Part shown: positions 1 through 9,123 of the stretch, one piece after another
Layout of the letters: each line of letters starts with the position of its first letter
Numbering within the stretch: the first letter of the stretch is position 1
Position numbers and translations under genes: made by a program
Assembly: GCA_965203215.1 (NCBI GenBank)
Contig: CBDBBY010000001.1
Coordinates: 293,856-325,855 of the forward strand
Length of the DNA: 32,000 bases
Direction: 5' to 3'
Source: Paracoccaceae bacterium
GTDB taxonomy: Bacteria > Pseudomonadota > Alphaproteobacteria > Rhodobacterales > Rhodobacteraceae
Notes under the pieces: model-generated
What the model saw: the letters and a program-made list of their open reading frames with translations, nothing else
Told to the model about the DNA's origin: nothing
Databases searched by the model: none

Positions 1-332
1 CGGAACGAATTCGCAGCCCCCTGACTGGGGAATTCTGCTTCGGCGCTTTTGGGGAGTTTTAACCCGGTAGTTACACCGCGCAGCGCCGCGAGGACGGCGG
101 CGGCGTTCCCGTGCTGCAGCGACCGGGAGATTGTGAATGCGTCTTCAAGCTTGACGGGCGCATCGGCGGGGTCGGCGCCGCGCAGGATCTTGCGGATCTT
201 CTCGACCGCATCCGGGGGAAGCTTGGTGATGTTGGCGAGGGTGCGCTTCCTGGCCTTTCCGCCCTCGCGGTAGGCTTGGCGGATCAGGATCGTGGGCCGC
301 GAGTTGCGGTTGGGGACGACATCGACGAACAT
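1..332 (-). CDS. DDE transposase, N-terminal fragment (IS1634/IS4-like); continues beyond the left window edge
   Basis: It is missing from the ORF track because no stop lies in-window. The reverse complement from the ATG (332-330) reads MFVDVVPNRNSRPTILIRQAYREGGKARKRTLANITKLPPDAVEKIRKILRGADPADAPVKLEDAF... I recognise this N-terminus from IS1634/IS4-type transposases; the family assignment is from memory and was not searched. The IS end must lie within 333-537, but no partner repeat is available in-window. Confidence 0.55.
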   Translation of the reverse strand, partial: MFVDVVPNRNSRPTILIRQAYREGGKARKRTLANITKLPPDAVEKIRKILRGADPADAPVKLEDAFTISRSLQHGNAAAVLAALRGVTTGLKLPKSAEAEFPSQGAANSF

Positions 333-537
333 GGATACCATGTATCATATGAACAATCATCAATGCAAGGAAAAATATCACAATATGGTGAAGAATGCAT
401 GGATACATCCTGCAGCCGGAAAAACGGCCCGGAACCGCCGCAACCCGTTGCCGGGGAAGGAAAAAATGCGAGGCGAAGCTTCAAAATCGCACGGAACTTC
501 CGCTTAAGCAATTGCAAGCAAGAAAATCACTTGAAGA

Positions 538-3500
538 ATGACCAGCGAAATCAGCTTTTTTACACAGCCAATTATTAACTCACCCTACGAGTATCCCAGT
601 CGCCATTGGGAACTCGACGCGCAGGGGCAGCCGACAAACAGGTTTATCGACCGCAGACGCCGAGCGGAATTCGTGACACCTGTTCCAAAGCCGCAAAAAG
701 GCGCGTCAAACCAGATGGAATTTGAGTTCAAGGATTCCGCCAGAGTTTCTACTGAAAAGCAAAAGTATGATCCGATACCGATCATCAACGAACTGCGCGC
801 CCAAGTGGATCAATGGCGGGAGTTGCCGAACACGAGGGATTGGAACGTCACGCCGGAAACGGCGCGGTTACTCCAGCATTGGCGCAGTCATCGATACGGC
901 GGCATACGTCCATTTTTTTGCCAAGTTGAGGCTATCGAAACGCTTATTTGGTTGACCGAAGTTGCGCCTCGGTTCGGTCGGCGCGGCAAAGCGTTCTTGG
1001 ATCACTTGGACAAGGCGAACAGCGGCAGCGAACTTTCACGGCTGGCACTTAAACTTGCGACTGGTGCTGGCAAAACAACCGTGATGGCGATGATTGTTGC
1101 TTGGCAGACGATTAATGCGGTCCGCCATCCACAAGGCCGATACACCCGAGGTTTTCTCGTAGTCGCACCAGGCCTCACGATAAGAGATAGGCTACGGGTT
1201 CTGCAACCGAGCGATCCAGACAGCTATTTTCGAAACCGTCAGTTGGTTCCGACCGATTTGCTTGCAGACATAGATCGCGCCCGGATTGTCATCACCAACT
1301 ATCATGCATTCAAGCGACGCGAAACCCTTGAACTTTCCAAGGGGCTTTCCAAGGGCGGACGCGCACTGCTGCAAGGACGCAGCGATGATAGGATTCAATC
1401 ACTTGAAACCGACGGGCAAATGCTTCGGCGAGTGATACCTGAGTTGATGGGCATGAAGAACCTTATGGTTCTGAACGACGAAGCGCATCACTGCTACCGC
1501 GAGAAGCCGCAGGGTGACGAAGATTCACTTGTCGGGGACGAAAGGAAGGAAGCGGAGCGTAACCGAGAAGTGGCCCGAGTCTGGATGTCTGGTCTTGAAA
1601 CGGTCGCCGCAACGCTCGGCTTACGGCGGGTCGTTGACCTTTCAGCCACTCCCTTTTTCCTTCGTGGATCTGGCTACGTTGAAGGAACTCTCTTTCCGTG
1701 GACGATGAGCGACTTTTCGCTCATGGACGCTATAGAGTGTGGCATCGTCAAATTGCCTCGCGTTCCTGTCGCCGACAATGTTCCGGGCGGAGAAACCCCC
1801 ATGTTTCGGAACCTCTGGGACCGGATCGGCAGGAAGATGCCAAAGAAGGGACGTGTCAACGCTGGGCCACTTGATCCGCTTAGGATCCCGACGGAACTGC
1901 AGACCGCGCTTGAGGCGCTCTATGGACACTATGAAAAAACGTTCGAAAACTGGAGCGAAGCGGATGTCGAGGTTCCGCCGTGTTTCATCGTTGTGTGCAA
2001 CAACACCTCCACGTCAAAACTTATCTTCGACTACATTTCGGGTTGGAAGAACGAAAACGGGACCGTAAATCAAGGACGACTCGAGCTATTTCGTAACTTC
2101 GACGAAGTCGGCGATCCCCTTCCACGTCCGAACACGTTGCTCATCGACAGCAAACAACTCGAATCGGGCGAGACGTTGGATACAAAGTTCCGGGAGTTTG
2201 CCGCAGACGAGATCGAACGTTTTCGACGCGAGGTTGTCGTTCGAACCGGGGATCCTCGCAAGGCAGAAAACCTTACCGACGAGGAACTGCTTCGTGAGGC
2301 GATGAACACCGTCGGCAAAGCAGGGCAGCTGGGAGGATCAATCCGATGCGTCGTTTCGGTCTCAATGCTAACTGAAGGATGGGACGCAAACACGGTAACG
2401 CACATCCTGGGCGTCCGTGCATTCGGGACCCAGCTTCTTTGCGAGCAGGTGATCGGGCGGGCGTTGAGGCGCCAGTCTTACGATCTCAATGACAACGGAA
2501 GGTTCAACGCCGAGTATGCCGACGTGTTCGGCATTCCTTTCGACTTTACCGCGAAACCCGTGGTCGTTCCACCGCAACCGCCTCGCCAAACCACACATGT
2601 ACACGCGATCATACCTGATCGCGATGCCTGCGAAATTCGGTTTCCACGCGTCGAAGGTTACAGAGTTGAATTGTCGGATGATCGCCTATCTGCCGAATTC
2701 AATGAAGACTCAACTCTTGTATTGACTCCTGAGCTGACCGGGCCGGCAAAAACCGTAAACCAAGGCATCGTAGGAGAAGGAAGTGAACTGACATTAGCTC
2801 ACACAAAGGACGTCAGAAGCCAAGAGATCGTCTATGAGCTCACTAAGCGTTTGCTTGAAACGAAGTGGCATGACGAGGAAGGAGAACCGAAGCTTCACAT
2901 GTTCGGCCAGCTTAAGCGGATAACTCGGAAGTGGCTTGATTCTCATTTGGAATGCAAGGGCGGAACCTATCCGGCGCAGATCCTGTATCAAGAACTTAAG
3001 GAAATTGCCTGTGAACGCATTGCCCGCGGAATCATAAAGAAATCGAGAGAAGATGGGTTGATCAAAGTATTGCTGGATCCATTCAATCCCGTTGGGTCTA
3101 CAAGTGAAGTAAACTTCAGAACATCAAATGAACTTAAGTGGAGAACAAAACCTGCTCGCAGCCACGTAAACTTTGCGATATGCGACAGCACTTGGGAAAT
3201 AGAGTTCTGCCGTGTAGCTGAAGCGCATCCGCTCGTCCGTGCATATGTAAAGAACGACAACTTGGGGTTCGAAGTGCCTTATCATCTTGGATCGCAAACA
3301 CGGCGATACATACCCGACTTCATCGTTCTTGTTGACGATGGGCGCGGCAAGAATGACTTGTTGCATCTTGTCGTCGAGATAAAGGGCTACCGGGGCGAAG
3401 ATGCCAAGGAAAAGAAGGCAACTATGGAAACCTGTTGGGTGCCGGGCGTAAACCAACTCAATGCATACGGCCGGTGGGCATTCGCCGAGTTCTGCGACGT

Positions 3501-3612
3501 GCATAGCATGGAGGCAGAATTTGGTGCCAAGATCGAAAAAGAATTTCATAAGTTCGTCAAAAGCGCGACGCATCTTGGTGAGGCGGTTGCCAACGGAGCG
3601 GGAGCGGAATGA
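538..3612 (+). CDS. res: Type III restriction enzyme Res subunit (SF2 helicase/ATPase with C-terminal PD-(D/E)xK-like nuclease)
   Basis: 1024-aa ORF. Motifs: Walker A LATGAGKTTVMA, DEAH box LNDEAHHCY, late helicase motif SVSMLTEGWDANTVTHILGVRAF, and C-terminal nuclease-like PDFIVLV...LVVEIKGY. Its stop overlaps the mod start (ATGA at 3609-3612). Confidence 0.9.
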   Translation: MTSEISFFTQPIINSPYEYPSRHWELDAQGQPTNRFIDRRRRAEFVTPVPKPQKGASNQMEFEFKDSARVSTEKQKYDPIPIINELRAQVDQWRELPNTRDWNVTPETARLLQHWRSHRYGGIRPFFCQVEAIETLIWLTEVAPRFGRRGKAFLDHLDKANSGSELSRLALKLATGAGKTTVMAMIVAWQTINAVRHPQGRYTRGFLVVAPGLTIRDRLRVLQPSDPDSYFRNRQLVPTDLLADIDRARIVITNYHAFKRRETLELSKGLSKGGRALLQGRSDDRIQSLETDGQMLRRVIPELMGMKNLMVLNDEAHHCYREKPQGDEDSLVGDERKEAERNREVARVWMSGLETVAATLGLRRVVDLSATPFFLRGSGYVEGTLFPWTMSDFSLMDAIECGIVKLPRVPVADNVPGGETPMFRNLWDRIGRKMPKKGRVNAGPLDPLRIPTELQTALEALYGHYEKTFENWSEADVEVPPCFIVVCNNTSTSKLIFDYISGWKNENGTVNQGRLELFRNFDEVGDPLPRPNTLLIDSKQLESGETLDTKFREFAADEIERFRREVVVRTGDPRKAENLTDEELLREAMNTVGKAGQLGGSIRCVVSVSMLTEGWDANTVTHILGVRAFGTQLLCEQVIGRALRRQSYDLNDNGRFNAEYADVFGIPFDFTAKPVVVPPQPPRQTTHVHAIIPDRDACEIRFPRVEGYRVELSDDRLSAEFNEDSTLVLTPELTGPAKTVNQGIVGEGSELTLAHTKDVRSQEIVYELTKRLLETKWHDEEGEPKLHMFGQLKRITRKWLDSHLECKGGTYPAQILYQELKEIACERIARGIIKKSREDGLIKVLLDPFNPVGSTSEVNFRTSNELKWRTKPARSHVNFAICDSTWEIEFCRVAEAHPLVRAYVKNDNLGFEVPYHLGSQTRRYIPDFIVLVDDGRGKNDLLHLVVEIKGYRGEDAKEKKATMETCWVPGVNQLNAYGRWAFAEFCDVHSMEAEFGAKIEKEFHKFVKSATHLGEAVANGAGAE

Positions 3613-5624
3613 TGGCACGCAAAGCGCCAAAGCAAGTCGAGGCGTTGACCCACGAGGACGCATCACGAAAGAACATTCCTACTGCGGAATATCAGTCATT
3701 GATGGCGACGGATGATAGAGAACCGTTGGAAGTTGCCTACGAGCACTGCAATCGTGATTTGGATCCTCAGTTGGTTTGGCGTGGTAAGAACCCGAAGGAT
3801 TGGTCAGACCTAGTGGTTCAAGCACCGCCGTTGTTTATCCAAGAAAAGGTCCATCCCAAGGTATTGATCGACGACCTGATGAAGCGAGGAGACAATCAGT
3901 CGGACAGCGAGCCTTTGAATCTATTTTCGGATTTCAATGGGTTGCCGGACGAAAATGCTCGGACTGAATTCTATCGTCATGATGCCAACTGGACAAACCG
4001 AATGATTCTTGGAGACAGTCTGCAGGTAATGGCATCACTTGCAGAACGGGAGGGGCTGCGTGGCAAAGTTCAATGCATCTACGTCGACCCGCCATACGGA
4101 ATCAAGTTCAATTCAAACTTCCAGTGGTCCACCAAAAGCCGGGATGTAAAGGATGGCAAGGTCGATCACATTACTCGGGAACCAGAGCAGGTAAAGGCCT
4201 TTAGAGACACGTGGAAAGACGGAATTCACTCCTACTTGACGTACCTACGCGACCGATTGACGGTTGCAAGGGATCTGTTAACGGACAGTGGATCGATATT
4301 CGTACAAATTGGTGACGAGAATGTGCATCGAGTGCGGGTGTTGATGGACGAGGTTTTTGGTGCGGAGAATTTCGTTTGTAGCATTCCATTTGTCCGTACT
4401 ACGGGGCAAACTGCCAAGTATGTGAGTATAGTAAATGATTATATTCTTTTCTATTCCAAAGATTTGGAAAAATTAAAATATAGAAAACTATTTTCAAAAA
4501 AAGAACTGATAAAGACTCGATGGTTCAGATTTCCAAGCGGAGAAACAGCATCAGCAAGTAAAATTCAAAAAACAGAAGGCTTAAGCTCGTATAAGCCGGA
4601 CAATATAACTGCGCAGAGTGGCGGCAATACAACACGTTTTATCGTTAATTTTCGTGGACGTAAATTCGAACGAAACGTCGGTGGATGGAAAACAAATCAA
4701 GAAGGAATGAATCGTTTGATTCGATCTTGCCGTATTCACGAAGCAAGAAATAGTATTCAGTATATTCGACTTATGACCGATTTCGTATATCGAGAGATAA
4801 ATAATTTTTGGACAGATACAAGAACTGGAAATTTTACGGAGACCAAAACCTATGTTGTTCAAACAGCTCAGAAAATCGTCGAGCGCTGCATTCTGATGGC
4901 AACCGATCCTGGCGATCTCGTTCTCGATCCTACATGCGGTTCGGGGACTACCGCCTATGTTGCTGAACATTGGGGGCGTCGCTGGATCACCATCGATACT
5001 TCGCGCGTTGCCCTTGCTCTAACTCGCGCTCGTGTCATGGGCGCTCGCTATCCGTATTTTCTTCTGGCGGACAGTCCGGAAGGGCGCAAAAAGGAAGTCG
5101 AAGTTTATCGCGTGCCTTTTTCTGAATTCCCAACGCACGGTGACATTAGACAGGGCTTCGTGTATGAACGTGCGTCGCACATCACACTGAAATCAATTGC
5201 CAACAACGCCGAGATTGATGTGATCTGGGAGAAGTACCAGGGGAAGTTGGAACCTCTACGCAAACGTCTTAACCAAGAGACAGGAGAAAATTGGTCGGAA
5301 TGGGAAATTCCTCGTGAGCCCGATGAAGCATGGCCGGAAATAGCAACCGAATTGCACGAGAAATGGTGGGAACAACGCGTTGCTCGCCAACGAGAAATCG
5401 ACGCTTCTATTGCAGAGAAGGCCGATCACGAATACCTTTACGACAAACCGTACAGCGAAAGTAAAACTGTTCGGGTCGCAGGACCCTTCACCGTTGAGAG
5501 CATATCGCCGCATCGTGTTTTGTCGATCAATGAAAACGACGAGCCGATTGATCCGCAACGAAATCTACGCGAGAGTCACTGGAAAGGGAAACGACTTTGC
5601 GGAAACAATCATCGAACAACTTAG
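3609..5624 (+). CDS. mod: Type III-like Mod DNA methyltransferase, N-terminal ~650 aa with all catalytic motifs; the frame ends prematurely because of a frameshift
   Basis: 671-aa ORF. Motif IV DPPYG (4086-4100) precedes motif I DPTCGSGTT (4926-4952), the beta-class order typical of Mod subunits. An AT-rich putative target-recognition segment lies between them. The last ~20 codons (RNLRESHWKGKRLCGNNHRTT) look like out-of-frame read-through. Confidence 0.85.
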   Translation: MMARKAPKQVEALTHEDASRKNIPTAEYQSLMATDDREPLEVAYEHCNRDLDPQLVWRGKNPKDWSDLVVQAPPLFIQEKVHPKVLIDDLMKRGDNQSDSEPLNLFSDFNGLPDENARTEFYRHDANWTNRMILGDSLQVMASLAEREGLRGKVQCIYVDPPYGIKFNSNFQWSTKSRDVKDGKVDHITREPEQVKAFRDTWKDGIHSYLTYLRDRLTVARDLLTDSGSIFVQIGDENVHRVRVLMDEVFGAENFVCSIPFVRTTGQTAKYVSIVNDYILFYSKDLEKLKYRKLFSKKELIKTRWFRFPSGETASASKIQKTEGLSSYKPDNITAQSGGNTTRFIVNFRGRKFERNVGGWKTNQEGMNRLIRSCRIHEARNSIQYIRLMTDFVYREINNFWTDTRTGNFTETKTYVVQTAQKIVERCILMATDPGDLVLDPTCGSGTTAYVAEHWGRRWITIDTSRVALALTRARVMGARYPYFLLADSPEGRKKEVEVYRVPFSEFPTHGDIRQGFVYERASHITLKSIANNAEIDVIWEKYQGKLEPLRKRLNQETGENWSEWEIPREPDEAWPEIATELHEKWWEQRVARQREIDASIAEKADHEYLYDKPYSESKTVRVAGPFTVESISPHRVLSINENDEPIDPQRNLRESHWKGKRLCGNNHRTT

Positions 5625-6354
5625 GATGGCCGGAGTACAGCAAGCGCACAAGGAGGACAGGATCGCCTTGACTGCGCTGACACGATGGCCTGGAAAAATG
5701 ATCTGCGCCGAGGGCCGGTATTTTCAGAACGACCAAGAACGGCACGCAGCAATCTTCATCGGTCCAGAGTTCGGCACCGTATCTAGATCGGATCTTGTCG
5801 AGGCTGCCCGCGAGGCTGCAGATGCCAATTTCGACGTGCTGATCTCTTGCGCGTTCAATTACGACGCCCACTCCTCGGAGTTTAATAGCATAGGCAAGGT
5901 TCCAGTTCTTAAGGCCCGAATGAACGCCGATCTCCACATGGCGGAAGATCTCAAGAATACCGGAAAAGGGAATCTCTTCGTTATCTTTGGCGAACCGGAT
6001 ATAGACGTTTTGCCTGCGGACAGAGGAAGAATAAAGGTCAAGATCAATGGTGTGGACGTTTTCCATCCTAACTCAGGTGAGGTGCGGAGTCATGATTCGG
6101 ACGGGATAGCCTGTTGGTTTATTGACACAGATTACAATGAGGAGAGTTTCTTTGTTCGCCATGCGTATTTTCTAGGGGCAAACGACCCCTACAAGGCTCT
6201 CAAAACCACACTCAAAGCCGAAATCAACAAAGAAGCTTGGGAAACTCTGAACAGCGATGTTTCGTATCCATTCAACAAACCTGCTTCCGGTCGCATCGCG
6301 GTAAAGGTCATTAACCATCTCGGTGATGAAGTTATGAAAGTGTTCCGGGTATAA
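5557..6354 (+). pseudogene. mod: C-terminal ~265 codons of the same mod gene, displaced into the +1 frame
   Basis: ORF 5380..6354 is in frame +1 relative to 3609..5624. From about NEIYARVTGKGNDFAETIIEQLRMAGVQQAHKEDRIALTALTRWPG...VLKARMNADLHMAEDLKNTGKGNLFVIFGEPDI it reads like the conserved C-terminal domain of long (~900 aa) Mod-type methyltransferases that pair with ~1000-aa Res proteins (recognised from memory). There is no convincing RBS or start of its own at the junction. Confidence 0.7.
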
Positions 6355-6412
6355 AATTGAAGCGAAGTTGCGGTGGCGGCGCAAGACGCGCTACTTATAG
6401 CAGGATACTTGA

Positions 6413-6910
6413 TTACAGTGTGGGATTTCCCCATATTGTTTGTTGTAATTCATGATGCATACTAACGAAGGCAGCAGATTTCTTGACTTCGACAGTGTGG
6501 TTCGGTTTTTGCGCCGTTCCGGCTTGACGGACCCCCACGAGCAAGGGGATAACGGCTCTGGACTGCTTCGACATCGGATTCAGTGCTAATTTCAACTTCA
6601 CGGCACAAAAACACAAATTTCCCTTTTCAGGAACGCGATTTGTAGATTCCATTAGCTCGCAGAGCATTTGATGAATCGTTGGAGTCAGTTGAAATGGGGT
6701 GTGTGGAGGGCTCGAATCCGGTCCGAATTCGGCGAGTTCTGCCCCTTCCGGCGGAGGATGCCCAGTTTTAAGCGCAGCTTCGAGACCAAGCCCAGAGAGT
6801 AGTCCTAAACTGACGTCGCCTGCGATCCCGGCTTGCATAACCTGCGCGCCAAAAGAAATCACAACCTCGACTATATCGGAGCCAACTCGTAAACGCAGAA
6901 GTTGTTTCAT
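6413..6910 (-). CDS. Hypothetical 165-aa protein, translationally coupled to the upstream TPR gene
   Basis: It is the longest ORF in the region, and its ATG overlaps the TPR stop (ATGA, 6907-6910). The N-terminus has a Gly/Ala/Leu-rich hydrophobic stretch with glycine-zipper-like spacing (ISFGAQVMQAGIAGDVSLGLLSGLGLEAAL). A Pro-rich linker follows (GHPPPEG...SSPPHTPF), then a Cys-containing C-terminal half. I recognise no family. Confidence 0.5.
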   Translation of the reverse strand: MKQLLRLRVGSDIVEVVISFGAQVMQAGIAGDVSLGLLSGLGLEAALKTGHPPPEGAELAEFGPDSSPPHTPFQLTPTIHQMLCELMESTNRVPEKGNLCFCAVKLKLALNPMSKQSRAVIPLLVGVRQAGTAQKPNHTVEVKKSAAFVSMHHELQQTIWGNPTL

Positions 6911-8249
6911 GATTCGTCGCTACCAAATAAATTTTCGTAGACTTGGTTTACCATATCATCCATCAATTCGTCGCCCGCCGCACGAGCCAAATTACTGGCC
7001 GTATCAAGATCTTGCCGAGCTTGATCTAAATGCCCCAATGCAAAATGCGCTTTAGCAAGTTGCAATCGAGCCAAGGCAAAACCAGCATTCAGTCGGATCG
7101 CTTCATTGTAGTCGGAAATGGCGTCTTCATGCCTACCGAGTTCGAGATTCGCGCTGCCCCGGTTGTAAAAGGCTTTCATGTGTTTGGGTTGCAGACGGAT
7201 TGCCTCGTCGAAATCGGCAAGGGCAGCTTCATGCCTATTTAGGTCGGTTTTTACGGTGCCCCTATTGTTAAATGCTTCCGCAAAGTTCGGTTTCAGACGT
7301 ACCGCCTCGTCATAGTCGGCAAGGGCAGCCTCATGCCGACCCAAGTTGTACTTCGCAAAACCTCGGGTGTAGAAGGCTTCCGCGAGATCTGGCTCCAGAC
7401 GGATCGCCTCGTCGAAATCGTCAATAGCAGCCTCATGCCGACCCAAGCCACTCTTGATTTGGCCTCGATTGACGAATGCTTCCGCAAAGTCCGGCTTCAG
7501 ACGGATTGCCTCATCGTAGTCGGCAAGGGCAGCTTTATGCCGACCCAAGTTGTACTTCGCAACACCCCGGTTGTAAAAGGCTTCCGCGAGATCTTGCTTC
7601 AGACGGATCGCCTCGTCGAAATCGTCAATAGCAGCCACTTGCCGACCCAAGTCGGTTTTTACAGCACCTCGATTGACGAATGCGTCTGCATAATCCGGTT
7701 TCAGTCGGATTGCTTCGTCGTAGTCCGCAAGCGCATCTTCATACCGCCCGAGGCCGCTCTTTGTGGTGCCCCGATTACAGAAGATGTCCGCATAATCCGG
7801 TTTCAGTCGGATCGCTTCGTCGTAGTCGGCAAGGGCAGCTTCGCGAAGGCCTAAACGGCTATTTGCAGCCCCTCGGTTGTTTAAGGCTTCCACATAATCT
7901 GATTTCAGTCGGATCGCCTTATCATAGCCGTCGATAGCCTCTCGAAAGCGATCTTCTGCAGCATGCAGGTAGCCGACGGAGAACCACGCGCGAGATCCGA
8001 GTTCGTTGTCAATTCCACCTGCAATTTCGGCAACAGCAAGCCATTTCTCGATAGCTCCCTCAATATCTCCTCGCCGTTGAATCAGAATGGCAGCGGAGAT
8101 CGCTCGGTCGATCAGGGACGTCGACGGATTTTCTATTGCATTTTGTGCGGCCTCTCCTGCTTTGGCTGGTTCCTCTTTTACGGTCATTGAGGTTAGTTGC
8201 TCAGTATGCAAAATGGCCTCATCGCGTTTTGACTTGATTTCTCCAACTA
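6907..8249 (-). pseudogene. C-terminal 446 codons of an IS-interrupted membrane-anchored TPR-repeat protein
   Basis: ORF track 6907..8211 (434 aa) carries 10 or more consecutive 34-aa TPR units (consensus A.ADYDEAIRLKPDYAEAF.NRG..K..LGRHE). The frame stays open upstream to the IS boundary at 8249. It joins in-frame with 9124..9591 once the IS is removed. Confidence 0.85.
7313..7720 (-). repeat. Two ~90%-identical 204-bp tandem units (each equals two TPR repeats) inside the TPR array
   Basis: The anchor tagtcggc recurs at 7313 and 7517, and a 7/8 variant tagtccgc follows at 7721, so the offsets are exactly 204. Long stretches are near-identical between the units, e.g. atgccgacccaagttgtacttcgcaa...aaggcttccgcgagatct.gct.cagacggatcgcctcgtcgaaatcgtcaatagcagcc. 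The whole array shows 102-bp periodicity from about 6960 to 8000. Confidence 0.85.
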
Positions 8250-9123
8250 GGGCCTGTCTACGCTAGAATTTTTGCTTGAGTTTTGCTTGGATCCATGCTT
8301 AAGTGACTGTCAACAATGACATAAAAATCGAGCGGTACACAGTCATGAAACAGATCACGGCAAAACAGTACGCCAAAATCCGCCCCTTCCTGCCGGTTCA
8401 GCGCGGGAACGTGCGGATTCCCAACATCGTATTTATCAACGCGGTCCTGTACGTTCTAGAGAACGGCTGCAAGTGGCGCGCGCTGCCGGAGCGCTTCGGA
8501 AAATGGTACACGGTCTACGCCCGGTTCCGCCGCTGGTCGCGCAGCGGCGTGCTCGAGCGGCTGTTCGCCGCGCTTCAGGAACTGCATGCGCCCGGCGGGG
8601 ACGCGGAGTGCTTCGGCCTCGACAGCACCAGCGTCAAGGTGCATCCCGACGGCACTGGAGCGCGGAAGACGAACGGGCCGCAAAGCATCGGCAAATCGCG
8701 CGGCGGATGGAACACGAAGATCCACATGATCTCCGCAAGTGACCGGCAGGCAATGATTTTTCGCCTGTCCGGCGGCCAGGCCAACGACGCGCCCGAAGGC
8801 CGCGCCCTGCTGAAGAGCTGGGCCGATCCGGTCGCGGGCGCGCCTCTGGCGATGGACCGCGCCTACGAGGGCGACGAGACCCGCCAGCTCGTCCGCGACC
8901 TTGGAATGACGCCGGTCGTGCCGCCGAAGGCGAACCGGAAAGTCAAATGGGAGTATGACCGGGAAACCTACAAGATGCGGAACGAGATCGAACGTCTGTT
9001 CCGGAGATTCAAGGGCTACCGGCGCCTCTTCACGCGGTTCGACAAGCTCGACGCGACCTATCGGGGCTTCCTGAACCTCGCCGCCGCCTTCGAAATGACG
9101 CATGATTTAGCATAGACAGGCCC
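8250..9123 (+). mobile_element. Complete IS5-family insertion sequence (~874 bp, IS427/IS1031-like size class)
   Basis: Terminal inverted repeats GGGCCTGTCTACGCTA (8250-8265) and TAGCATAGACAGGCCC (9108-9123) match at 15/16. Both ends sit in a palindromic CTAG (8247-8250 and 9123-9126), so the duplication may be TA, TAG or CTAG. A single transposase ORF lies inside. The GC content is visibly higher than in the flanks. Confidence 0.9.
8345..9115 (+). CDS. IS5-family DDE transposase
   Basis: ORF 8303..9115; the likely start is MKQITAKQY at 8345. Typical IS5-family signatures are present: N-terminal PNIVFINAVLYVLENGCKWRALPERFGKWYTVYARFRRW and C-terminal DRAYEGDETRQL...NEIERLFRRFKGYRRLFTRFDKL. 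Confidence 0.9.
   Translation: MKQITAKQYAKIRPFLPVQRGNVRIPNIVFINAVLYVLENGCKWRALPERFGKWYTVYARFRRWSRSGVLERLFAALQELHAPGGDAECFGLDSTSVKVHPDGTGARKTNGPQSIGKSRGGWNTKIHMISASDRQAMIFRLSGGQANDAPEGRALLKSWADPVAGAPLAMDRAYEGDETRQLVRDLGMTPVVPPKANRKVKWEYDRETYKMRNEIERLFRRFKGYRRLFTRFDKLDATYRGFLNLAAAFEMTHDLA

Noticed and set aside
333-537. Search for the terminal inverted repeat of the left-edge IS and for a res promoter (repeated ATGGATAC motifs at 331-338 and 399-406)
   Set aside because: The partner end of the IS lies outside the window, so no terminus can be verified. The short repeats are too weak to call.
4496-4502. A7 homopolymer in mod as the cause of phase-variable frameshifting
   Set aside because: The reading frame is intact across this tract, and the actual frame break lies about 1 kb downstream (about 5557-5595), where no repeat tract exists.
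6960-8000. Regular 102-bp periodic repeats that could superficially resemble a repeat-spacer array
   Set aside because: The period equals one 34-aa TPR unit. The repeats are in-frame inside a continuous ORF, and the sequences between conserved cores are also protein-constrained. This is not a CRISPR array.
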